Shown: piece after piece, positions 1-8,378 of the stretch
Position numbering within the stretch: position 1 is the stretch's first letter
Layout of the letters: every line of letters begins with the position of its first letter
Assembly: GCA_050115555.1 (NCBI GenBank)
Contig: JASFQI010000002.1
Location: 1 to 45,961, forward strand
DNA length: 45,961 bases
Direction of reading: 5' to 3'
DNA from: Desulfobacteraceae bacterium
GTDB taxonomy: Bacteria > Desulfobacterota > DSM-4660 > Desulfatiglandales > HGW-15
The notes under the pieces: model-generated
The model's database searches: none
The model's input: the letters and a program-made list of their open reading frames with translations, nothing else
What the model was told of the DNA's origin: nothing
Program-made: the position numbers and the translations under genes

Positions 1-1
1 G

Positions 2-640
2 GAGAAGCTCCAGGACCTCCTGGAGCGGTACACCGACCCGAAGACGTTTCCCGAGGACTGGGACATGCAGGGTCTGAGGGAGAGCGTGTCCCGCCTTTTC
101 GGGTTCGTTCCCAGGGTCACCGCCGAGGAGTTGGGAGAAGACCAGTTTCAATCGCTCAAGCAGGATGAGATGGCCGACCTGCTCCGAGAGGGGGCGCAGA
201 CCGCCTATGAGAAGCGGAAGCAGGAGTTCGGCGAGCAGGATCTTGCCATGCTCGAGAAGATCGTCCTTCTCCAGATCATCGATGAGCAGTGGGTGGCTCA
301 CCTTCAGGACATGGACCACATGAAGGAGGGGATCGGTTTGCGGGGCTACGGCCAGATGGATCCCCTGCGAGAGTACAAGAAAGAGGGGTTCGCCCTGTTT
401 GAAGAGCTCATGGACCGAATCCGGGAGGAGACCCTCATGACCCTGGGCCGGTTTCAGGTCCTGAGGCAGAAGCCAAAGGAAGTTCCACAGAAAAAGAGAC
501 GGCCCATGCATTTGAGCCACGGCGACGAGGGAGATCGGCCGGCTCCGGTCAAGCGCGAAGGCAAGAAGGTGGGACGAAACGATCCCTGCCCCTGTGGGTC
601 CGGCAAGAAGTACAAGAAGTGCTGCGGAAGAAACCTCTGA
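2..640 (+). CDS. secA: Preprotein translocase ATPase SecA, C-terminal part (5' end lies outside the window)
   Basis: Frame 2 is open from the window edge ([25 protein letters not shown]...). It contains the conserved [39 protein letters not shown] block. It ends in the zinc-binding SEC-C tail [19 protein letters not shown]. Confidence 0.93.
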   Translation, partial: EKLQDLLERYTDPKTFPEDWDMQGLRESVSRLFGFVPRVTAEELGEDQFQSLKQDEMADLLREGAQTAYEKRKQEFGEQDLAMLEKIVLLQIIDEQWVAHLQDMDHMKEGIGLRGYGQMDPLREYKKEGFALFEELMDRIREETLMTLGRFQVLRQKPKEVPQKKRRPMHLSHGDEGDRPAPVKREGKKVGRNDPCPCGSGKKYKKCCGRNL

Positions 641-780
641 ATATAGGATTAAGGATTCAGGGGTAAGGGGTAGGAAGAAGGTTCAGGGACAAAGGACAAA
701 GGACAAAGGTGAAAGGTCGAAGGTCGAAGGACAGAAACAAAAGGATATAGGCGGAAGGGGAAAGGGAAGAGGCGGGGGAC
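641..780 (+). repeat. Purine-rich, C-poor low-complexity tract with 7 tandem heptamers (687-735)
   Basis: It fills the whole secA-argJ spacer. By my count there are only ~12 C in 140 nt. The heptamers are GGACAAA x3, GGTGAAA, GGTCGAA x2, GGACAGA in tandem. At least 13 GGA triplets. Confidence 0.8.
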
Positions 781-1974
781 ATGAAGGAAACGGATTGGCG
801 GGTATCCGGGTTTCGAGCGGGGGCGGTGGCTGCGGGCCTGAAAAAGCATGGGGGCCTGGACCTGGGACTCATTGTCTCCGATGAACCGGCCGCAGTGGCC
901 GGTGTATTCACCACGAATCGGGTCTGCGCCGCCCCGGTGCTCCTGTGCCGGGAGCGCATTCAGGGGGGTGCGGCGCGCGCCGTCGTGGCCAATGCAGGGT
1001 GCGCCAATGCCTGCACCGGGCCGCAGGGCCTGGAAGATGCTCGAAGCACGGCCGCTATAGCGGCCGGTGCCCTCGAGACCGCTCCTGAAGACGTCCTCGT
1101 GGCCTCCACCGGCGTCATCGGTGCGCGCCTGGACATGGAAAAGCTGAAAAAGGCTGTCCCGAGAGTCGCTGGCGATGTCTCCGAGGACGGGCTTCCGCAG
1201 TTCGCCGAAGCGATCCTGACCACAGACACGTTTCCCAAAATGAGCCGCTTTGACGGTAGGGCCGATGGGAAACCTTACCGAATCGTGGGGGTGGCCAAGG
1301 GCGCCGGTATGATCATGCCCGACATGGCCACGATGCTGTCCTTTGTGCTGACGGATGCCGCCATCCCCCCGCAGGATCTCAAGAAGGCGCTTTTTCACGC
1401 CGCGGACGCCACGTTCAACCGGATCACAGTGGACGGGGACACCAGCACGAACGACACGCTGCTCGCCCTGGCGAACGGCGCGGCCGGAACCGGGAACCTC
1501 TCCGGACCGGACCTGGACGCCTTTCAGGAAGGACTCCAGCAGGTAATGGAGGTACTGGCCGTTATGATCGTGCGGGACGGGGAGGGCGCCACCCGCGTGA
1601 TCTTTGTGCAGGTTCGAGGGGCGTCCGGACCCGAGGACGCAATCTCCGCGGCCCGAACCGTGGCCAACTCCAATCTGGTCAAAACGGCGGTCTGCGGCCG
1701 GGACCCCAACTGGGGGCGGATCATGGCCGCGCTCGGCCGGTCCGGGGTGCTCATGCAGGAGGAGGCGGTGAGCATCTGGATCGACGACGTCCTCATTGTG
1801 GAAGGAGGGCTTGGCCGGGGCCCGGATGCGGAGAGCGCCGCGGCCGCGCTCATGGCCGAGCGGGAGGAAATCACGCTCACCATCGATCTGCACCAGGGGA
1901 AGTACGAGGACCGTGTCGTGACCTGCGATCTCACCCAGCGGTACGTGGACATCAACGCGGATTATAGGACGTAA
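781..1974 (+). CDS. argJ: Bifunctional glutamate N-acetyltransferase / amino-acid acetyltransferase (ornithine acetyltransferase)
   Basis: 397 aa. Has FTTNRVCAAPV, the autoprocessing site PDMATMLSFVLTDA and TVDGDTSTNDT, all typical ArgJ blocks. The ATG follows the purine-rich tract. Confidence 0.92.
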   Translation: MKETDWRVSGFRAGAVAAGLKKHGGLDLGLIVSDEPAAVAGVFTTNRVCAAPVLLCRERIQGGAARAVVANAGCANACTGPQGLEDARSTAAIAAGALETAPEDVLVASTGVIGARLDMEKLKKAVPRVAGDVSEDGLPQFAEAILTTDTFPKMSRFDGRADGKPYRIVGVAKGAGMIMPDMATMLSFVLTDAAIPPQDLKKALFHAADATFNRITVDGDTSTNDTLLALANGAAGTGNLSGPDLDAFQEGLQQVMEVLAVMIVRDGEGATRVIFVQVRGASGPEDAISAARTVANSNLVKTAVCGRDPNWGRIMAALGRSGVLMQEEAVSIWIDDVLIVEGGLGRGPDAESAAAALMAEREEITLTIDLHQGKYEDRVVTCDLTQRYVDINADYRT

Positions 1975-1986
1975 AAGCAGGGGATA

Positions 1987-2010
1987 GGTGTTGAGGTGTT
2001 AAGCTGTTGA
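1987..2010 (+). repeat. Three tandem 8-mers: GGTGTTGA GGTGTTAA GCTGTTGA
   Basis: Read directly just downstream of the argJ stop. It is loosely inverted relative to the ACCTTATC array at 2151-2170. Confidence 0.7.
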
Positions 2011-2150
2011 GGGGAAAACCATTAGGACTTGATAAGTCCCCGTGCTTCTGCCCTGGATTGTTTCGTCATATGTATGCCGATGGAACCAGTTCGATTTAGA
2101 ATGACGTCGCGCAACATGAATGCATTGTATGTTTCCCTTACCGCCTCAAT

Positions 2151-2170
2151 ACCTTATCACCTTATCACCT
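2151..2170 (+). repeat. Tandem 8-mer ACCTTATC x2.5 (CACC-type strand)
   Basis: Sequence is accttatc accttatc acct, immediately upstream of the manC RBS (GGAGG 2176-2180). Confidence 0.7.
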
Positions 2171-2185
2171 AATCCGGAGGCATCC

Positions 2186-3262
2186 ATGCACACGGTGATC
2201 ATGGCTGGAGGGTCAGGCACCCGGTTCTGGCCCGCGAGCCGGAGGAAACGCCCGAAGCAGTTTCTCCGTATCACCGGAGACACCCCGCTGGTGGTGGAGA
2301 CCTGCAATCGGCTGGCCCCTGTAGCGCGTGACGAGCAGATGATCCTCGTCCTGGGAGCCGAGCACATGGCCGAGGCCGGGTCGCTGTTCAAGGGGCGGGG
2401 CGTCCATCTCCTTGGGGAGCCCGTGGGCCGGAACACGGCCCCGTGCATCGGTCTCGGAGCGCTCTACGCCAGGCATCTGGGGTGCCAGGGCCCGGTGGCC
2501 TTCATGCCCGCAGACCACTACATTGCGGACGGACCCGCCTTCCTGAACGCCCTGCAAAACGCCGAGAGCGCTGCGACCGAGGGGGGAATCGTCACGCTGG
2601 GAATCGTCCCCACGCGGCCCGAGACCGGGTACGGCTACATCCGCCGCGGAGAAGTCGTTTCAGCCGCCGGGGAGGCGCCGATTCACAGGGTTTCCAGGTT
2701 TGTGGAAAAGCCCGATCGGGCCACGGCCCTTGCCTACCTGGAGAGCCGGGACTACGACTGGAACGCCGGCATCTTCGTGGCCAAGCCCGAGGTGATCCTC
2801 CAGGAGATCGAAGCCTGCCTTCCGGACCTCTTTGCAGGCCTCAACCGGCTGAACAACTCGTTGGGAACGGATGCGTTTGAGCAGGAAATGGCCGAGGTCT
2901 ACGCGGGAATCGAGCCCGTTTCCTTTGATTACGGGGTCATGGAGAAGACCACGGCCCCCGTCTTTGTGGTGCCCTGCGAATGCGGATGGAGCGATGTGGG
3001 CTCGTGGGAGTCTCTCTATGAACTGCGGTCCGGGGAATCGGACCCAGCCGGGAACCTGGCCCTGGGAGAGATCGAGCTGGTGGACTGCAGGAACCTGTTC
3101 GTGGTCTCGCAGCCGGGGCGTCTCGTGGCCTGCCTGGGGATGGAGGACTGTCTGGTGGTGGATACCACGGATGCCCTGCTGGTGGCTCCGCGAAGCCGCA
3201 GCCAGGAGGTTCGAGAGATCGTGGATGCTCTCAAGCAGAAACGGAAGGAGTCATTCCTGTGA
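2186..3262 (+). CDS. manC: Mannose-1-phosphate guanylyltransferase (GDP-mannose pyrophosphorylase)
   Basis: I place the start at ATG 2186, 5 nt after GGAGG, not at the track start 2120. The N-terminus MHTVIMAGGSGTRFWPASRRKRPKQFL is the nucleotidyl-transferase G-loop. Confidence 0.88.
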   Translation: MHTVIMAGGSGTRFWPASRRKRPKQFLRITGDTPLVVETCNRLAPVARDEQMILVLGAEHMAEAGSLFKGRGVHLLGEPVGRNTAPCIGLGALYARHLGCQGPVAFMPADHYIADGPAFLNALQNAESAATEGGIVTLGIVPTRPETGYGYIRRGEVVSAAGEAPIHRVSRFVEKPDRATALAYLESRDYDWNAGIFVAKPEVILQEIEACLPDLFAGLNRLNNSLGTDAFEQEMAEVYAGIEPVSFDYGVMEKTTAPVFVVPCECGWSDVGSWESLYELRSGESDPAGNLALGEIELVDCRNLFVVSQPGRLVACLGMEDCLVVDTTDALLVAPRSRSQEVREIVDALKQKRKESFL

Positions 3263-4623
3263 ACGCGAACATCTTTCGGGAGTACGACATTCGCGGCCGC
3301 TTCCCCGAGGACTTGAATGCGAAGACGGCCAGGACCCTGGGCCGGGCCCTGGGGACCTACTATCAAGGCCATGGGGCCCGCCGCATCGCCCTGGGACGGG
3401 ACTGCCGCATCAGCTCACCGGAGCTGAGGGATTCCCTGGCGGAAGGCCTGATTTCGGCGGGTATGGAGGTGGTGGATGTGGGCATGGTGCCCACGCCCCT
3501 CCTCTACTTCTCCCTGTTTCACCTGAAGCTCGACGGCGGGGTTCAGATCACGGGCAGCCACAACCCTCCGGACTACAACGGGTTCAAGGTCTGCCTGGGC
3601 ACGGCCACCATCTACGGACCGGAGATTCAAAGGGTCGGGGACATTGTGGCTTCAGGCCGATTTCGGGAGGGGAACGGGAGCCTCGAGCAGGTGGAGATCA
3701 TTCCCCCCTATCTGGCCTACCTGGCGGAAAACCTTCGGCCGGGGCCGGTGAAAAGACGGGTCGTGGTGGACGCGGGCAACGGGGTGGGCGGCCTGGCTGC
3801 GCCGGACGTCTACCGCACCATGGGGATCGAGGTGGACGAGCTGTTTTGCGAGCCGGACGGCCGGTTCCCAAACCACCATCCCGACCCCACCATTCCAGAC
3901 AATCTTCAGGACCTGGTGGCCCGGGTGGAAGAGACCGGGGCCGACCTAGGGATCGGGTTTGACGGGGATGCGGACCGTATCGGCGTGGTGGACGATAAGG
4001 GGAACATGATCTGGGGGGATCACCTGATGATCCTTTTTTCCCGGGACCTATTGGAGCGCAACCCCGGGGCCCGTGTCATTGCAGAGGTCAAGTGCTCCCA
4101 GGTGCTCTTCGACGACATCGAGCGGCACGGCGGCGTCCCGATCATGTGGAAGGCAGGCCACTCCCTGATCAAAGGCAAGATGAAGGAGGAGGGGGCCCTG
4201 CTGGCCGGGGAGATGAGTGGCCACCTGTTCTTTGCCGAGCGGTATTTCGGGTTTGACGATGCCGTTTACGCCGGGGCCCGCCTCCTGGAGATCCTCACGA
4301 ACACGGAAAACCGGCTTCAGGATCTCCTCGATGACGTTCCGCACATGGTCAACACGCCCGAGATCCGCATGGACTGCCCGGACGAGCTGAAGTTCCAGGT
4401 GGTGGAGGCACTGGCCGCAGAGTTCAAAAAGGACTATTCGGTGATCGACGTGGACGGGGCCCGGGTGCTCTTTGACGGCGGCTGGGGCCTGGTCCGGGCC
4501 TCCAACACCCAGCCGGTTCTCGTGCTTCGGTTCGAGGCCGGGAATGAGGATCGGCTCCAGGAGATTCAGAGAGCGTTCATGGAGCGCGTCCAGAACGCCA
4601 TGGATGCGGCATCGCCTTCGTAA
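3259..4623 (+). CDS. manB: Phosphomannomutase / phosphoglucomutase
   Basis: 454 aa. Has the active-site serine loop TGSHNPPDYNGFK, the metal loop GFDGDADR and the sugar loop GEMSGH. The GTG start overlaps the manC stop (GTGA). Confidence 0.92.
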   Translation: MNANIFREYDIRGRFPEDLNAKTARTLGRALGTYYQGHGARRIALGRDCRISSPELRDSLAEGLISAGMEVVDVGMVPTPLLYFSLFHLKLDGGVQITGSHNPPDYNGFKVCLGTATIYGPEIQRVGDIVASGRFREGNGSLEQVEIIPPYLAYLAENLRPGPVKRRVVVDAGNGVGGLAAPDVYRTMGIEVDELFCEPDGRFPNHHPDPTIPDNLQDLVARVEETGADLGIGFDGDADRIGVVDDKGNMIWGDHLMILFSRDLLERNPGARVIAEVKCSQVLFDDIERHGGVPIMWKAGHSLIKGKMKEEGALLAGEMSGHLFFAERYFGFDDAVYAGARLLEILTNTENRLQDLLDDVPHMVNTPEIRMDCPDELKFQVVEALAAEFKKDYSVIDVDGARVLFDGGWGLVRASNTQPVLVLRFEAGNEDRLQEIQRAFMERVQNAMDAASPS

Positions 4624-4689
4624 CGCAAGGACTTGCCCGGGAGTGCCGGTTTCGGGAGGCATGCCCACGATGGGGGCCTCGGCGTTTTC

Positions 4690-5187
4690 CTATGGGCGGA
4701 GGAGTATGCGGGCCAGCAGGAAGGCCCAGAGGATTGCGACCAGGCAAAAGCCCAGCAGAATTTTGAGCCGGGTGTAGCGCCGGTCCTTCGGGCGGGTTCC
4801 GGAGAAGGCGCGCCGGGGGAGCGCGGCCAGTTGAACAATGCGGTCCCGGTACGTGTGACCCAGCACGGATTCGGGGTTTTGGAGCAGAAACGCCTGGTAG
4901 CTCCGGGCTGCGAAGTCGAGACATTGATGCTCGTGGCAGTGGGTAAGGAACGCCTGGTGAAGGGACTCATCGTCCGGATCTGTCAAAACCCGTTCCCACA
5001 GGCGATGAGCTGGATCGTCCTCCGCATCGTCCTGGCCGGTAGAGGGTCCCGAGCGGATGGCTTCAGGGTCCCAAAGAGAGAAGACGAGGCCGCATTTCGG
5101 GCAGGATGTGCTCCCCCGCGGGTAGGGACGAAGGCATTTGGGGCAAATCGCCTTTTCGTTTTCGTTTCGGTCCGACTCAGGAGTCAT
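4690..5187 (-). CDS. Hypothetical zinc-ribbon protein with C-terminal transmembrane helix
   Basis: 165 aa. N-terminal CPKC-x13-CPKC zinc ribbon and a C-terminal hydrophobic segment LKILLGFCLVAILWAFLLARILL. Its ATG overlaps the stop of the upstream receiver gene by 11 nt. Confidence 0.6.
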   Translation of the reverse strand: MTPESDRNENEKAICPKCLRPYPRGSTSCPKCGLVFSLWDPEAIRSGPSTGQDDAEDDPAHRLWERVLTDPDDESLHQAFLTHCHEHQCLDFAARSYQAFLLQNPESVLGHTYRDRIVQLAALPRRAFSGTRPKDRRYTRLKILLGFCLVAILWAFLLARILLRP

Positions 5188-5566
5188 CCTGTTTTTCCCT
5201 GAAATGTCGTTCCAGGAAGGGAAGAATGACCTGCTTGAATTTCAGGGGCTTCTCAAAGTAAGGCTTTCCACGCCTCAAGAGCTCCTCGACGATGTCTTCG
5301 TCATAAAAGAACGATGTGAAGAAGACGTGATCCTGGAATCCATACTCCCTTTCCAGGGCGTCTGCCAGATCAAACCCGGTTTCGTTGAGGAGTTTGACAT
5401 CGCTGAGGAGCAGATCGATTTCGTCTTCGTGCTCCTTGAATGTGTCCATGGCGCCTGCGACGTTTTCTGCAGCGAATACCGTGTACCCGGACTGGACGAG
5501 CCATTCGGACATCATGGCCAGGACGACTTCGTCGTCGTCTACAATGAGAATTCCCCACTTTTTCAT
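5177..5566 (-). CDS. Single-domain response regulator (CheY-like receiver)
   Basis: Start set at ATG 5566 (MKKWGILIVDDDEVV) rather than 5686. Acidic pocket DDD, phospho-acceptor LLLSDVKL, FFTS and FEKP receiver signatures. Confidence 0.82.
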   Translation of the reverse strand: MKKWGILIVDDDEVVLAMMSEWLVQSGYTVFAAENVAGAMDTFKEHEDEIDLLLSDVKLLNETGFDLADALEREYGFQDHVFFTSFFYDEDIVEELLRRGKPYFEKPLKFKQVILPFLERHFREKQDDS

Positions 5567-5859
5567 AGATTCATCCCTTTCACGGGGATTGAAACTACCA
5601 CAAAAAGGGAATGCGTGCAAAGAGGGATCTTCGGGATGTTCGCTACGGGGATGTGAGAAAAGGAGCTTGGACCCTGGGTCCTTCATACGGGCATTGAAAT
5701 CGTACTGAAGAATATACTACAAGGGTAGAGCCCCTGGCGCGGTATTCTTGTCCCGCACAGGGAAGCACGGTCGCCCCCTGGAGGGGTTGTGCACGGGCTT
5801 GGGCAGGTACCCGCTGCAGTAAGCAGGAATTTCAACGCAATGGCTCGGAGGAGAGAGGC

Positions 5860-7377
5860 ATGAACGGGATCACGCTGAACAGCATGGGCCCCAATGGAAC
5901 GATCGAAGCACAGCGGAGGCGGGGCCAGGGAGAGAGAAACGCGTTCGAAACCGAGGCCTTTTGTGAGGCCAATCGCCTCTCCCTCGATTTGACTTACGTG
6001 TTCGACGCACCCGGTGAGGCGCCCATTACGCGAAAGGACATCGAGACCCTGATTCCCAGGGTTCTCGAGGCCAAGCGCAGGCTGGAACGCGGGGAGGGGG
6101 ACATTCGGGACGGGGATGTGGCCATGACCGGCTGGCAGGACATGCCGGTACACCTCGCCCCGGAACATCTCGACGCCATTCAATACACCGTGGCGGACCT
6201 CTCCAGGGAGATCGATGCGTTCGTGTCCATCGGGATCGGGGGGTCCTATCTGGGCATTGAGGCGACCTTTCGGGCATTGACCCACACCCACTTCAATCAG
6301 CTCGACCGGGAGGAACGAGGGGGCGCGCCGGAAATCTACTTCCTCGGACAGAACATGGACCCGGATTTTTTTCGGGACACCCTGGATATGCTGCGGGGCA
6401 AGCGCGTGGGCCTGAACGTGATCTCCAAGTCCGGGACCACCACCGAGACCGCGATCGCCTTCCGCATTCTTCAGCGTCTTCTGGAAGAGACCCTGGGAGA
6501 CGAGGCGAACCGCCGCATCCTGGTGACCACGGATCGCCATCGCGGGGCCTTGCGTGAGCTGGCGAATCGCAAGGGGTACCGCTCCTTTGTCGTCCCCGAC
6601 GACATCGGGGGAAGGTTTTCCGTTCTCTCCGACGTGGGGCTTGTGGGACTGGCCATGGCGAACATCGACATTCGGGAGTTCGTGGCGGGTTTTCGCGCCA
6701 TGCGGGAGGTGTGCGCGTCCGAGGACTTCTGGAAAAACCCGGCGCTCGTGCATGCCGCGGTCCGACATGCCGCATGGCAAAGCGGGAAGAAGATCGAGGT
6801 GGTGGCCACGAACGCGGTTTCGCTCTACTCCGTGGCACGGTGGATGGAGCAGTTGTTCCCTGAGAGCGAGGGGCACCAGGGGCACGGCATGTGGGTCTCT
6901 CCTTCTCTTTACAGCGAGAAACTGCACGCAAACGGCCAGATGGTCCAGCAGGGGGAGCGGAACCTTTTGGAGACGTTCCTTCTCCTGGGGGAGCATGACA
7001 GCCGCATGGCGATTCCCGAGGACCCTGCAAATCTGGACGGCTTGAACTACCTCCCGGAGCGCGGGGTGGACATGAGCTTTGTCAACCGAAAGGTGGTGGA
7101 AGGGCCGGCCTACGCCCACTATTTGGGCGGCGTTCCGAACATGATCCTGGAGGTGCCCCGCCGCAATGCCTACAACCTGGGGCAGGTGTACTACATGATG
7201 GAAAAGTCCGTAGCGATCAGCGGGGTTCTCCTCGGACACAACCCTTTTGTGCAGCCCGGCGTGGAGGCCTACAAGGCGGCCATGTTCGCGCTCATTGGAA
7301 AGCCCGGCTTCGAGGAAAAGGCCGCGGCTATGGAAGCGGAATTGAACCAACGGGAAAGGATTCGAATTCATGCGTGA
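5860..7377 (+). CDS. pgi: Glucose-6-phosphate isomerase
   Basis: 505 aa. SIS-fold signatures IGIGGSYLG and ISKSGTTTET. RBS GGAGGAG lies upstream of the ATG. Confidence 0.9.
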   Translation: MNGITLNSMGPNGTIEAQRRRGQGERNAFETEAFCEANRLSLDLTYVFDAPGEAPITRKDIETLIPRVLEAKRRLERGEGDIRDGDVAMTGWQDMPVHLAPEHLDAIQYTVADLSREIDAFVSIGIGGSYLGIEATFRALTHTHFNQLDREERGGAPEIYFLGQNMDPDFFRDTLDMLRGKRVGLNVISKSGTTTETAIAFRILQRLLEETLGDEANRRILVTTDRHRGALRELANRKGYRSFVVPDDIGGRFSVLSDVGLVGLAMANIDIREFVAGFRAMREVCASEDFWKNPALVHAAVRHAAWQSGKKIEVVATNAVSLYSVARWMEQLFPESEGHQGHGMWVSPSLYSEKLHANGQMVQQGERNLLETFLLLGEHDSRMAIPEDPANLDGLNYLPERGVDMSFVNRKVVEGPAYAHYLGGVPNMILEVPRRNAYNLGQVYYMMEKSVAISGVLLGHNPFVQPGVEAYKAAMFALIGKPGFEEKAAAMEAELNQRERIRIHA

Positions 7378-7999
7378 TCGACTGATCGTCCTGGCGACCC
7401 GCAATCCGGGAAAAGTGAAGGAGTACCAGGAGCTTTTGTCCGGATTCGATTTGGAGTTCCGAAGCCTGAACGATTTCGGGCCCATTCCGGAGGCGGAGGA
7501 GAACGGAAGCACCTTTGACGACAACGCCTACATCAAGGCTTCGCACACGGCGAGGATTCTGGGATTTCCCGCCTTTGCAGACGATTCCGGCCTCGTAGTG
7601 GCGGCGCTTGATGGCGAGCCCGGGGTTCGCTCGGCCCGCTACGCAGGAGAAGAGGCCACGGACGAGGAAAACAACCGGAAGCTTCTTCAAGCCATGGAAG
7701 GCGTGGAGGATCGGAGAGCCGCCTTCGTGTGCACCATCAGCGTTGCGGTCCCCAGGGGACCCGCCCTCACCTATGAAGGGAGGTGCGAGGGGGAGATCGC
7801 GATCGAACCGGCCGGGGAAAACGGCTTCGGGTACGATCCGGTCTTCTACTATTCTCCCCTTGGCAAGACTTTTGCGCAGCTTTCTTCCCAGGAAAAAAAC
7901 GAGGTCAGCCACAGGGGAAAGGCCATGGCCGAGCTCAGGGGCGAGTTCGACAAGGTCCTCATCTGGCTGGAGCAGCGGCTTCAGGAGGAGCCTTTTTAG
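7370..7999 (+). CDS. rdgB: dITP/XTP pyrophosphatase (RdgB/HAM1 family)
   Basis: 209 aa. Has LATRNPGKVKEY, FADDSGL, GENGFGYDPVF and SHRGKA motifs. Overlaps the pgi stop by 8 nt. Confidence 0.9.
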   Translation: MRDRLIVLATRNPGKVKEYQELLSGFDLEFRSLNDFGPIPEAEENGSTFDDNAYIKASHTARILGFPAFADDSGLVVAALDGEPGVRSARYAGEEATDEENNRKLLQAMEGVEDRRAAFVCTISVAVPRGPALTYEGRCEGEIAIEPAGENGFGYDPVFYYSPLGKTFAQLSSQEKNEVSHRGKAMAELRGEFDKVLIWLEQRLQEEPF

Positions 8000-8300
8000 G
8001 AAGAACCCCTGTAAGGCGATGATGGACTCGAGAGGGTGTTTTCTCGGGTATGAGGACCCCCGTGTGGAGAAAAAGAGGTGTTTGCCATTGCGTGCGCTCG
8101 AACATGTTTGGCTCGCGTATCCCTCCCCGGCCATCACGGGACTGCCGGGAGATGAAAAAGAAAACCTCGTGCCCCGTGAAACGGTTTCCGGGTTTTGGTC
8201 TCTTTACGGATAACACGGTAGAAGAAGGGAGCACAGGCGCAGAAAGGGAGCGGTAGAGAAATTTGCTGATAAGCAATGCAGGCAATGTACGGAAAGGCCA

Positions 8301-8357
8301 TTGACAAAAGGAAATGATTGTATACTATTAAAGTATAAAACCTGCCGGAACCGGCAG
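8301..8357 (+). promoter_or_regulatory. Candidate sigma-70 promoter plus two perfect palindromes upstream of the selenoprotein gene
   Basis: TTGACA at 8301-8306. AT-rich -10 candidates TATACT/TACTAT at 8321-8329. Inverted repeat TATACT-ATTAA-AGTATA at 8321-8337. 16-nt palindrome CTGCCGG-AA-CCGGCAG at 8342-8357. Confidence 0.4.
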
Positions 8358-8378
8358 AGACCCCCAGAGGAGGAAAGC

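Noticed and set aside
5683-7524. 613-aa ORF on the minus strand, the longest of many long antisense ORFs. Others: 649..1893, 8853..10343, 10387..11628, 23321..24760, 36979..38418, 39251..41611, 43741..45042.
   Set aside because: Each lies antisense to a gene with clear family signatures (pgi, argJ, yggS/ttcA, tkt, lepA, pyrG, the RND pump). Their translations are Arg/Gly/Pro/His/Leu-rich with no recognisable motifs. They lack RBSs. Stop-free antisense frames are expected in GC-rich DNA.
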